IMG/VR virus record: IMGVR_UViG_3300020478_000010
Span: 1-55,641 of that record
Source: a virus
Taxonomy: Duplodnaviria; Caudoviricetes
Length of the DNA stretch: 55,641 nt
Strand: one strand, 5' to 3'
Within the stretch, counting starts at the first letter, position 1. The number at the start of each line of letters is the position of its first letter. A program made the position numbers and the translations under genes. The notes below the pieces were generated by a model that was given only the letters and a program-made list of their open reading frames with translations, had not been told where the DNA came from and ran no database searches. This document shows, piece by piece, positions 28,823-37,369 of this stretch.

Positions 28823-29580
28823 TATTTTAATCCGTTTACTATTTCAAAAGATATTTGATTATTTACTTCTTGGTCAAAAGCTACAAACATTGGGTTTGTG
28901 TTTGTCTCTAGATACCAAATACCACTTTCATCTTCCATAAAATCACTTGCACTAAAATTTAAATTTAATTTTTTTACAAGTTGTTTTGTTTTATTTACTA
29001 TATCATCACTAAATTTAGATTTTATAACAGTTGAACTTTCATCATCCCTATAGTCTAATTTATCTGTTACTATTTCAAATCCAAAATGTTTATCATTAAC
29101 TATATACAATCTTTTATTTTTGCCTGTTATTTTCTTTTGAAATATTACAGGAAACTGTGCCATAGTTACTTCTTTAGTGTGTTCTCCACCTGTTATGGGT
29201 TTGGCTATAACATTTTCTTTACTTGTTTTATCTGTACACTCTGTTTCTAAAATAGGTAATCCTATGTTTTTAGCATGTAATAAATTATGTAACTTCATAG
29301 GTGTTTCGTAATTATAATTTTTATTGTACATTTTTACATTATTATATTTAATATAATTTTTTATTATATGCCAATTATTATACATCAAAGTGTTATCTTT
29401 TTTAAAAACATTATATCTTAAAAATATGCTTGTTATGTTAACATTTTGATGATTAACTAATAACTTATTATTTAGTACGTCCCAATATATATTACTTTCT
29501 TGGTCAATAAAATTAGTAAAATAAGGTCTTAGAGTTTTTATGTTTGGGTCAGTAAGTTGACCAAATAAATAATCAGACAC
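28822..29580 (-). CDS. ATP-grasp peptide ligase (RimK/graspetide synthetase-like)
   Basis: KLHNLLHAKNIGLPI, IAKPITGG, PVIFQKKI...KRLYIV, LDYR, LNLNFSASDF, WYLETNTNPMF. Confidence 0.85.
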   Translation of the reverse strand: MSDYLFGQLTDPNIKTLRPYFTNFIDQESNIYWDVLNNKLLVNHQNVNITSIFLRYNVFKKDNTLMYNNWHIIKNYIKYNNVKMYNKNYNYETPMKLHNLLHAKNIGLPILETECTDKTSKENVIAKPITGGEHTKEVTMAQFPVIFQKKITGKNKRLYIVNDKHFGFEIVTDKLDYRDDESSTVIKSKFSDDIVNKTKQLVKKLNLNFSASDFMEDESGIWYLETNTNPMFVAFDQEVNNQISFEIVNGLK

Positions 29581-29810
29581 TATTTACCTATTAATATCTT
29601 ATCTAATTTATCTTCTAGTCTTTGTAGTGCATCCATTACTGTATGCATATCTTCTTTTACGTCATCACGCTTTGCGTACTCTTCTCTTGTCTTGTTAATA
29701 AGTATATCTATACGTTTTATTTCTGATAGCATACTACGAAACATCCATATAGCAGGTGCTATTACAAGTGTAAGCACACCATTCCAAAATAGTATTGGGC
29801 TTATTTCCAT
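29580..29810 (-). CDS. Small membrane-anchored coiled-coil protein
   Basis: N-terminal TM helix and C-terminal RLEDKLDK. Confidence 0.7.
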   Translation of the reverse strand: MEISPILFWNGVLTLVIAPAIWMFRSMLSEIKRIDILINKTREEYAKRDDVKEDMHTVMDALQRLEDKLDKILIGK

Positions 29811-29812
29811 AA

Positions 29813-30109
29813 TTAACCTTTAGGATATTTATCTTTTACTGCTTTAATAGTTTTTTTCCAACCATCAATTCCATTGTGATATAAATCATCTAGTTGGTCT
29901 TTAATTAACGGATAAGCTACTTCTCTATCTCTTTGATATTTGTTATTATCGTAAGCAGTTTGAAGTTCTGCTTGTTTATCGGTAATTTGTTTTGTTGTTA
30001 TATTAGTTGGATTGCCATCATGCCAAGTAATTTGATTTATATCTTCAGCATTTACACTGACTTCTGCATCTGATTTTATTGCTAAAATTGCACTTATAAT
30101 ATCAGTCAT
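29813..30109 (-). CDS. Tail-fibre-associated protein
   Basis: YQRDR..AYP.I.DQLDDLYH...IKAVKDKYPK pattern familiar from marine phage tail modules. Confidence 0.7.
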   Translation of the reverse strand: MTDIISAILAIKSDAEVSVNAEDINQITWHDGNPTNITTKQITDKQAELQTAYDNNKYQRDREVAYPLIKDQLDDLYHNGIDGWKKTIKAVKDKYPKG

Positions 30110-30630
30110 CCTGCTATCTCCATTACTGTAATTGATGATGTTCCTCTACCTAAATAGGTTTGATTACCGTCATTTGCACTTCTATTTACTGTTAAAGTGC
30201 CACTAGATTGAATTGAGCCTTGAAGTTTATATGTAAGTTCTTCTGTAGAATTTGGTGAATCTAAGTAAGTAATATTCCAAACTTGTCCTCCAATATCAGA
30301 TTCATCTCTACCCCATATTGAACATTCTCTTTTATTATCTGATGCATCATCACCTTTAAAAATACTTGTTGAACCTCGAACTAAATCAAAAAACTTTACG
30401 TATGTTTGAGTAGCATTATTATTTACTTGTACTAGAACAAGAATTTTACTTGATGTTGATGAAGGAGTAATATTCACAGACATTCCTGTAACATCTGTAA
30501 AAGACGTAGACGTTGTTGTAAATGTATCTGTTTTTGTTGTTTGAACAACTTGTAACACTGAGCCAGTGCTATTTAAAATAGGTTTATTACCAGTTGTCTT
30601 AATTGAATTAACTCTTAATATACTTGCCAT
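30106..30630 (-). CDS. Small tail / receptor-binding-module protein
   Basis: GSVLQVVQ...ITPSSTSSKILV...YLDSP...SSITVMEIAG. Confidence 0.7.
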   Translation of the reverse strand: MASILRVNSIKTTGNKPILNSTGSVLQVVQTTKTDTFTTTSTSFTDVTGMSVNITPSSTSSKILVLVQVNNNATQTYVKFFDLVRGSTSIFKGDDASDNKRECSIWGRDESDIGGQVWNITYLDSPNSTEELTYKLQGSIQSSGTLTVNRSANDGNQTYLGRGTSSITVMEIAG

Positions 30631-31078
30631 TACGCTAAATCTCCTGCACAAATTAAATCTACTGAGGAATAATCATAATTTGTTCTATTTGCACTTGTCC
30701 ACACATAAACAGATTCACAACGAATAGAACTTGTTAATGTCATAGAAGTTGATGAATCATCATTATCTGCTCTCATGTAATTGTGTATAATTACTGTTGA
30801 ACCTATACCATAAGTAGCTGCACCAAAATGTCCATAAAGAGCATCTGAAAAATTATTAGAAAAATTATGTGTATAATCCCCTGTTCCATTATCTGTTATT
30901 GATGAACAATTTAAAGAACCAGAAGAGAGTGTACCTGCAAGATGATGTGCTCTATGTTTTATCATTCCTGCTTGTAAAGTTGTTGTAGCACTTCCTGTAG
31001 TGACAGAAATCACATCAGCCGTACTAACACCTGTAAATTTATCTACTTTAAGTTCACTTGCCATTACGCTAAATCTCC
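30622..31078. repeat. 23-bp perfect direct repeat at gene junctions (30622-30644 and 31056-31078)
   Basis: ACTTGCCATTACGCTAAATCTCC occurs twice, flanking gene 30630..31064. Confidence 0.9.
30630..31064 (-). CDS. Small tail-module protein (C-terminal GDLA family)
   Basis: MASELKVD...SLNCSSITDNGTGDY...GDLA. Confidence 0.7.
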   Translation of the reverse strand: MASELKVDKFTGVSTADVISVTTGSATTTLQAGMIKHRAHHLAGTLSSGSLNCSSITDNGTGDYTHNFSNNFSDALYGHFGAATYGIGSTVIIHNYMRADNDDSSTSMTLTSSIRCESVYVWTSANRTNYDYSSVDLICAGDLA

Positions 31079-31468
31079 ATGAATTACTACAGCAGTATCA
31101 ACATTATCATCTGTTAAAGAACCACTATCTGCAACAAATGCTCTAGTTATAAATGCTGAAGCTGAAGCATCATTAACATTAATTGCTCTAGAATAACTGC
31201 CATCATGGATAGTCGCACTAGGCACTGCAGCTTTTGCCGCTGAAAAAGGATTTGCTACTGTTATAGTATTTAATCCAGTAGAACCATCTGCTATACCACT
31301 TATATTAAGAGATGCATCAGCATTTGCAACTGTTCCATCTAAAGCAGCAGAAACAGTAGCTTTAGCTACTCCTTGTTGTAATACTTGACTGTTATCATTT
31401 TCAAGTGAAAGAGTAATGCTACCAGCAGTTTGTCTACCACTAATTTCATCTACAGATAATTTACTCAT
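31064..31468 (-). CDS. Small tail-module protein (GDLA family paralog)
   Basis: MSKLSVDEI...LQQGVAKA...SLNISGIAD...GDLA. Confidence 0.7.
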   Translation of the reverse strand: MSKLSVDEISGRQTAGSITLSLENDNSQVLQQGVAKATVSAALDGTVANADASLNISGIADGSTGLNTITVANPFSAAKAAVPSATIHDGSYSRAINVNDASASAFITRAFVADSGSLTDDNVDTAVVIHGDLA

Positions 31469-31653
31469 ACGATTGTCCACTGTCCTTTAACAGTTACTTT
31501 GGCAGGGTCTACTATTGTTATATCTCCAGCAGAAACTGCCCTGTCATCTGTATCAATTAAAACATTTGTTAAAATTTTATGAGAATTAATTCTTACAACC
31601 GGTTCATATGATTTAGCATCATAATTTTTACCTTTATATGTTTGATTTGACAT
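31465..31653 (-). CDS. Small tail-module protein
   Basis: SAGDITI...VTVKGQWTIV C-terminus; GGAG SD. Confidence 0.6.
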   Translation of the reverse strand: MSNQTYKGKNYDAKSYEPVVRINSHKILTNVLIDTDDRAVSAGDITIVDPAKVTVKGQWTIV

Positions 31654-31661
31654 ATTATCTC

Positions 31662-32033
31662 CTATGCATAAGGGTTAGTGCCAAGCACTGATGTATCCCA
31701 AGCAGCTTTTAACTTAGTAATTGTATCTGCATTTGTTATTGCACTATTAGCTGGTGCATCTCTTAATGCTTTCTTCTTATTTACACTTGCAGTCTTGGCA
31801 GAACTATCATCTGCTTCCATTGCTTTCATATACACAACATCTTCAGCTTCCAATAAAGGTTTTCTTACTTCCCTTATCTTATCTTTAAATATTTCTTTAG
31901 CCTTAGTCATGTCTTCAGCTATAACTTTACCTGATATTGCCCAAGCATTTCTAAAATGTCTGTCTGATGGCTTTGATGAAACACTTGAAGCATCAATCTG
32001 GTTGCCATCTTTATCTATAATTAAACTTGTCAT
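31662..32033 (-). CDS. Tail fibre assembly-like protein
   Basis: DRHFRNAW...IREVRKPLL...KKALRDAP. Confidence 0.7.
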   Translation of the reverse strand: MTSLIIDKDGNQIDASSVSSKPSDRHFRNAWAISGKVIAEDMTKAKEIFKDKIREVRKPLLEAEDVVYMKAMEADDSSAKTASVNKKKALRDAPANSAITNADTITKLKAAWDTSVLGTNPYA

Positions 32034-32041
32034 ATTAACTC

Positions 32042-32515
32042 CTATGCTACTAATTTAATGTCATCTCTAATTTGCCATGCATCTCGCCATTGACGGTGTT
32101 TAGGCAGTTGATGTGCTCGGCATATAACCATTTTTGGTTTATTACCCTCATTCCATGTTCGCCATACACGTTGTGGAATATCTTTTTGGATTAAGTATTC
32201 TATTGCTTGTTCTTCTGTCATTGCTTCAACAGGTTTAGTGTTATGCAATAAATACCCTCTTGTATGCTTTACAAAGTTAGGTTGTGCTTCATCTTTTGCT
32301 AGTTCCCAATATACTTCTACAGGTGGCAAAATACCACCTTGAATTGCACAAGCCATCCAGTTAGGGTCAGGAGATAACACCTTTGCTGGATTTTCCATGT
32401 CTTTTGGGTCTTCATATACAACTTTAATATCACTTTTAACAGGCTCAAGATTTTCTTTTGCCCAACATAGTCTATTCCATAAATGAGTGCCTTGAAAATT
32501 TGGTGTTTTTATCAC
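32042..32515 (-). CDS. Conserved tail-module protein
   Basis: MTEEQAIEYLIQKDIP...LPKHRQWRDAW. Confidence 0.65.
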   Translation of the reverse strand: MIKTPNFQGTHLWNRLCWAKENLEPVKSDIKVVYEDPKDMENPAKVLSPDPNWMACAIQGGILPPVEVYWELAKDEAQPNFVKHTRGYLLHNTKPVEAMTEEQAIEYLIQKDIPQRVWRTWNEGNKPKMVICRAHQLPKHRQWRDAWQIRDDIKLVA

Positions 32516-32862
32516 GTAATTTCCATTATTGATAAAGAAGCATCTAACATACCAGCAACAGAACTTGAAATTTTTAAAACATCTGTTGTCTGTAAAACAT
32601 ATTTATTGCCTGTCATCATCTCAACACTACCACCACCACCAACAACTATATCTTTCTGTATATTAACATCTGTATTTGTTTCAGTATCTGAAGTATTACT
32701 TTCAATATTAACTGTTGCCTTTACTGCTTCACTATGATTGTTGCAAAGGTTAAGAGATAAGATAATTGTTGTAGTTGAACTTGGAACTGTATATAAAGTC
32801 TGCAAAGTAAAGGCTTGTGTACTTATACCTGATTTACTTTTTAATTTAAATGTGTTTGCCAT
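32512..32862 (-). CDS. Tail-module beta-sandwich protein
   Basis: MANTFK...LYTVPSSTT...KYVLQTTD...LSIMEIT. Confidence 0.7.
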   Translation of the reverse strand: MANTFKLKSKSGISTQAFTLQTLYTVPSSTTTIILSLNLCNNHSEAVKATVNIESNTSDTETNTDVNIQKDIVVGGGGSVEMMTGNKYVLQTTDVLKISSSVAGMLDASLSIMEIT

Positions 32863-32864
32863 AT

Positions 32865-33314
32865 TTAAGCAACATCATCTAATAAAGCAGCAACTACACA
32901 ATCAACTGTTCCTGTTGATGTAATCGCATGAATATTTGCTACTGTTGTATTTGGTAAATTACCAAACCACGAATGTCCAGCAGCTATTTTAATTCCATCA
33001 GCTACTGAAGTTGAAGCTGTACCTCCATCAATAACAATATAAACATCTGCACTTGCATCCGTATTTTTAATAAATAAAAAATTTACTTTGTCATTTGCAT
33101 GAACTGCTGTAGGAGATGTATCATCATCTATCCCAGCATAATCTAAAAAATATCCAGCTATTAAATCTGTTGATGAATTAGATACATTGGTAAATTTATA
33201 ATACCATTTATCATTAGCATCAGCAGGACTAATAGTTGTACTGCCCTCTATAACTTTTGATATTGTGTCAGGCAGCAATGTTGCAGTTATATTAACTGTT
33301 GCCGAATTTGCCAT
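32865..33314 (-). CDS. Virion structural protein
   Basis: 149 aa, beta-rich, AAGGAG SD. Confidence 0.6.
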   Translation of the reverse strand: MANSATVNITATLLPDTISKVIEGSTTISPADANDKWYYKFTNVSNSSTDLIAGYFLDYAGIDDDTSPTAVHANDKVNFLFIKNTDASADVYIVIDGGTASTSVADGIKIAAGHSWFGNLPNTTVANIHAITSTGTVDCVVAALLDDVA

Positions 33315-33370
33315 TTTATTTTCTCCTTTTTATATAATTAAACACTAAAATTAGTAATTTGTAAAGCAAA

Positions 33371-36300
33371 TTATCCTAGTGCTATTGCTAATGCCGTCGC
33401 ATCATCTGTTGTTGCTTTTGCATCAATTTGTGTTTGAATACTAGATGTTACACCATCTAAATATCCTACTTCTGTTGAAGTAACATCACTTACTGAAACA
33501 TCCCCACTACCATCAGACACCAAAGCCCTTCCAGTTGTAAGGTTTGCCATCTTGCTAAAGGCTATCGCTGCACCTGATGCTACACTTGCGTTGACTACAG
33601 CATTTGATGCTAATTGGTCTGCACCTACAGCATCATCAGCTATCTTTGCCTGTGTAACATTATCATCAACTATTGAAGCTGTTACTACGGCACTAGCAGC
33701 AAGTTGGTCTGCACCTACAGCATCATCAGCTATCATAGATTGTTCTACTGCATCAGCCTGTATTGTAGCACTGCCTGTTACATTACCTGACCCATCAAAA
33801 CTAGCAGATGTCCACGCAACATCTCCTGTCATTGCAATAGTTCTACCTGTAGCTAACGCTGTAGCTGTATCTGCATTACCTGTTACATCACCTGTCAAAG
33901 GTCCAGCAAAAGCATCAGAAGTTACTGTTCCATCAAAGAAAGCATCTTTAAATTCTAAACTAGAAGTTCCTAAGTCTATTTGATTATTAGTTTCAGGTCG
34001 TAAAGCCCCTGTTGTTAATGTTAATCTTACTGCATTATCAACTTTAAAATCTATTTCATTTGCTGTTCCAAAATCAACAGCAGTTTGTGAATCTTCACCT
34101 ATAATTAAATCAGTTGCATGAATTGAAGTAATATCTGTCTGTGCTGCCTTTATAGTAAAAGTTAAATCGTAAGGGTCAGCATCTGAACCAGTTGAAGTGT
34201 CTGTCCAGTTAATGTCAATACCACCACCCTCAACAAATTTAACCTCTTTACCATCAGCTACAGTAACTTCTGTTCCGTCACCATCTTCAAGGATAAAGTT
34301 ACTCATACCCCCAGCATTGTCATCAACATAAGCCTTAACAGATTGTTGGGTAGGAACTAAAGTAGCACTGTTACTATTCATATCGTCTTCATCAACAAAC
34401 GCTGTAATCGTTATTGTGCCATCACTGAGACTGCCGTAGGTAACTGTTCCTGTGGTTGTAATAGCAGATGAACCGTTATTAATACTTCCAAAATTACTTG
34501 TAATGCTACCACTATCTAATGCACCAGTTGTGGTAATAGAACTACTTCCTGCAACAGGAGAAAAATAAGTTTTGAGAGTATCCATCCCAACTTTTTTAAG
34601 TGTTCCACCATCAGAATAAAGCAACTCATCTGCATCAGCTAAACCACTAGTGATTTCTGTTTGACCAGATATTACATTGTTATTTAAATGCTCACTTTCA
34701 ACAGCATCATCAGCAATTTTAGCTTCTGTTATTGCATCTCCAGCAATCATTGCAGTTTCAACTGCACCACTAGCGATTGTTACAGCACCTGTGTTAGCTA
34801 TTGTAACGTCACCTGATACTGCTACTTCTTCATAACTTGTTCCATCTGATACTAATATTTTAGCATCTGTTACATCAGGCATAATTAATTTAGCACCTAA
34901 TGTTAAATTACCAGTTACACCAAGAGTTGTTGCCATATCAACAGCACCATCTATATCAACTACATCTAAATTAGTTGTACCATCAACATCTATGTTGCCT
35001 GATATATCAAGAGAAGCTGCAATAAGTTGGTCAACTTGTAAATCTTCGTAATCTGAACCTAACTTCAATTCAAATTTAGGACCTGATGTACTATATAAAA
35101 ATGTAGCATCTGTTCCTGAACCACCTTCGATTGTAATACCTGCACCATTAACTACAGCAGATGTACTGTTACCACTGTCAAGTACAATGTTATGGTCATT
35201 TAAATTTACAGTAGTTGAGTTTACAGTGGTTGTTGTACCTGATACTGTTAAGTCACCTGCAAGTGTTACATCAGCACCAGAGAATGTCATAGCAGTTGTA
35301 CTACCTGATTTAACAATAAGATTGCCACTAGAGTTTGTAAAGGCTGCATATTGTGTGCCGTCATCTTTAAGTATAACATCTGCACCACCTGCATCTAAAT
35401 TAATATCAGCCGCAGCATCAACTGTAAGATTGTTTGCTGAGATTGTTAAATCCGTACCATCTCCCTCAATCTTCTCGCTGTCACCACCAAAAACGATACC
35501 AACATTGTTTGGTACATGAATATCAGATGTAGCTGTTAAATTTAATTTAGCACTTGATGCAATCGTGAGGTCAGTTCCATCCCCTTCTATCTTTTCCCCA
35601 TCATTACCAAGTGTTAGCCCTACATTAGCAGGAATATTAATATCTGTTGTTGCTGTTAAATGTAAATCATTGCTGGATGCTATTGTTAAATCAGTACCAT
35701 CGCCTTCTATTTTTTCTCCATCATCACCAAAGGTCATACCTATATTAGCAGGTACGTTTATATCAGAAGTAGCTGTTAAATTAATATCAGCTCCAGATGT
35801 TACTGTTAAATCAGTATTATCCCCTTCTATTTTTTCTCCAGTACCAAATGTTACACCAACATTAGCAGGGATAACTACATCTGTTGTAGCTGTTAAATTA
35901 ATCGCACCTCCTGATGCAAGGGTAAAATCTGTACCATCAGAAGATATATATTCTCCACCCTTATCAAAGAAATAAAGTCTTCTGTCATCAGCTATACGAA
36001 CAACTTCATTACCATCGTATTGTTGTAGTATGACATCTTTAGCATCTGTAAGAGGTTTAAAGATTACATCACTGGAAGAATTTGCTATATTTAATTTATT
36101 TCCTACTAAACCTAAACTAGCATTATCTTCAATACGAATAACTTCTGTTCCATCATATTGTGAAATAACTAAATCATCAGAATCTACGGCAGGTTTCATT
36201 ATAACTTCACCTGCTGTACCATCTAAATCAAAAGCAATTTGGTCAACCCCACCATCTTGAAGTTTAATATCGCCTATAGTTGAGTTTAAGTGTAACTCTC

Positions 36301-37369
36301 CAGTTGAGTCAATTGATATTGGTGTGGCTGCAATAGTTAATCCTGTAGTACCATCGTGTGTAAAAGTAATATCATTTCCTGCACCTAATGAAAGCACAGC
36401 AGAGTCTGATAATAATTTTACATCATTACCTAATATAGCATCTTTAGCTACAGATAATCCACCATCTGTTTGTAAAGAACCATCTGTGGTAGTTGTAGCA
36501 TCTGTAGTATTATCTGTTTTTATAATACCAGTAGATGTAATAGCACCTGAAGCAATAGTACCTAAACCACTAACATTACCACTTGTATCAAAAGTATAGT
36601 TGCCATCGGAAAATGTACCATCTATGGTTAGGTTACGAACTGTTCCTATATCTTTATTAGCATCTACAACCATAGCCTTACTAGCAGCAACAGTACCTGC
36701 AGTAATGCCATCAAGCATTTCTAATTCAGCTTCAGCTAACTCTGCACCTGAACCTAGTGTTAATGTTCCACCTACAGTTAAGTTACCTGCTACAGCTAAT
36801 GTAGAGTTAGCTACTGTAGAATTAGGAGTTAAAGTAAGATGTGTTACATAACTTCCTGCACTCGCTATATCATTACCTAATGTTAGTGTGCCACCATCAG
36901 CTATATTTAATTTCCATTCATCTCCTGCATCATCCCCTTCGTCAGCCATTAATGTAATAGCTAAACCTGCACCTTCAGTTGCAGCTATTTTTAGAGAATC
37001 AGTTGTAGTTTCATCATAACTAATTGCAACATTTGAATCTGAACCAAATATTAATTGTTCATCATCTATAATTAATATATCATCTGAAAACTTAAAATAG
37101 TCTTCGTCTTCCATCCATGTAAGCACACCATCATTGCTCTCTCCATCAAATGTAATTGCAATGTCTGTTCCTGATGTACCATCGCCAAGTGTGAGTGCTG
37201 TACCCAACATTTTAGTTATAGGACCACCTTCATTGGCAGTGCCATCGTGAGTGTGTCCACTACTTGCCTGAAAGGCTGCTAAGAGTTGGTCAAATTCATC
37301 ATTAGTATGTGCTGCAGTAATTGTATCGCCATCTGTATAAGATGATTGTCTTGTATACGTTGCTCCCAT
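33371..37369 (-). CDS. Tail fibre protein
   Basis: N-terminal YTRQSS...GHTHDG anchor, G/D/T-rich repeats, KIADDAV repeats, C-terminal ALAIALG. Confidence 0.85.
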   Translation of the reverse strand: MGATYTRQSSYTDGDTITAAHTNDEFDQLLAAFQASSGHTHDGTANEGGPITKMLGTALTLGDGTSGTDIAITFDGESNDGVLTWMEDEDYFKFSDDILIIDDEQLIFGSDSNVAISYDETTTDSLKIAATEGAGLAITLMADEGDDAGDEWKLNIADGGTLTLGNDIASAGSYVTHLTLTPNSTVANSTLAVAGNLTVGGTLTLGSGAELAEAELEMLDGITAGTVAASKAMVVDANKDIGTVRNLTIDGTFSDGNYTFDTSGNVSGLGTIASGAITSTGIIKTDNTTDATTTTDGSLQTDGGLSVAKDAILGNDVKLLSDSAVLSLGAGNDITFTHDGTTGLTIAATPISIDSTGELHLNSTIGDIKLQDGGVDQIAFDLDGTAGEVIMKPAVDSDDLVISQYDGTEVIRIEDNASLGLVGNKLNIANSSSDVIFKPLTDAKDVILQQYDGNEVVRIADDRRLYFFDKGGEYISSDGTDFTLASGGAINLTATTDVVIPANVGVTFGTGEKIEGDNTDLTVTSGADINLTATSDINVPANIGMTFGDDGEKIEGDGTDLTIASSNDLHLTATTDINIPANVGLTLGNDGEKIEGDGTDLTIASSAKLNLTATSDIHVPNNVGIVFGGDSEKIEGDGTDLTISANNLTVDAAADINLDAGGADVILKDDGTQYAAFTNSSGNLIVKSGSTTAMTFSGADVTLAGDLTVSGTTTTVNSTTVNLNDHNIVLDSGNSTSAVVNGAGITIEGGSGTDATFLYSTSGPKFELKLGSDYEDLQVDQLIAASLDISGNIDVDGTTNLDVVDIDGAVDMATTLGVTGNLTLGAKLIMPDVTDAKILVSDGTSYEEVAVSGDVTIANTGAVTIASGAVETAMIAGDAITEAKIADDAVESEHLNNNVISGQTEITSGLADADELLYSDGGTLKKVGMDTLKTYFSPVAGSSSITTTGALDSGSITSNFGSINNGSSAITTTGTVTYGSLSDGTITITAFVDEDDMNSNSATLVPTQQSVKAYVDDNAGGMSNFILEDGDGTEVTVADGKEVKFVEGGGIDINWTDTSTGSDADPYDLTFTIKAAQTDITSIHATDLIIGEDSQTAVDFGTANEIDFKVDNAVRLTLTTGALRPETNNQIDLGTSSLEFKDAFFDGTVTSDAFAGPLTGDVTGNADTATALATGRTIAMTGDVAWTSASFDGSGNVTGSATIQADAVEQSMIADDAVGADQLAASAVVTASIVDDNVTQAKIADDAVGADQLASNAVVNASVASGAAIAFSKMANLTTGRALVSDGSGDVSVSDVTSTEVGYLDGVTSSIQTQIDAKATTDDATALAIALG
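35430..35965 (-). repeat. About five tandem ~40-aa coding repeats in the tail fibre
   Basis: GEKIEGD(G/N)TDLT...LTATxDIxxPxNxGxxFG repeated. Confidence 0.8.

Noticed and set aside
29813-37369. Diversity-generating retroelement or invertase shufflon in the tail region
   Set aside because: No reverse transcriptase, TR/VR pair or recombinase; all cassettes are in the same orientation
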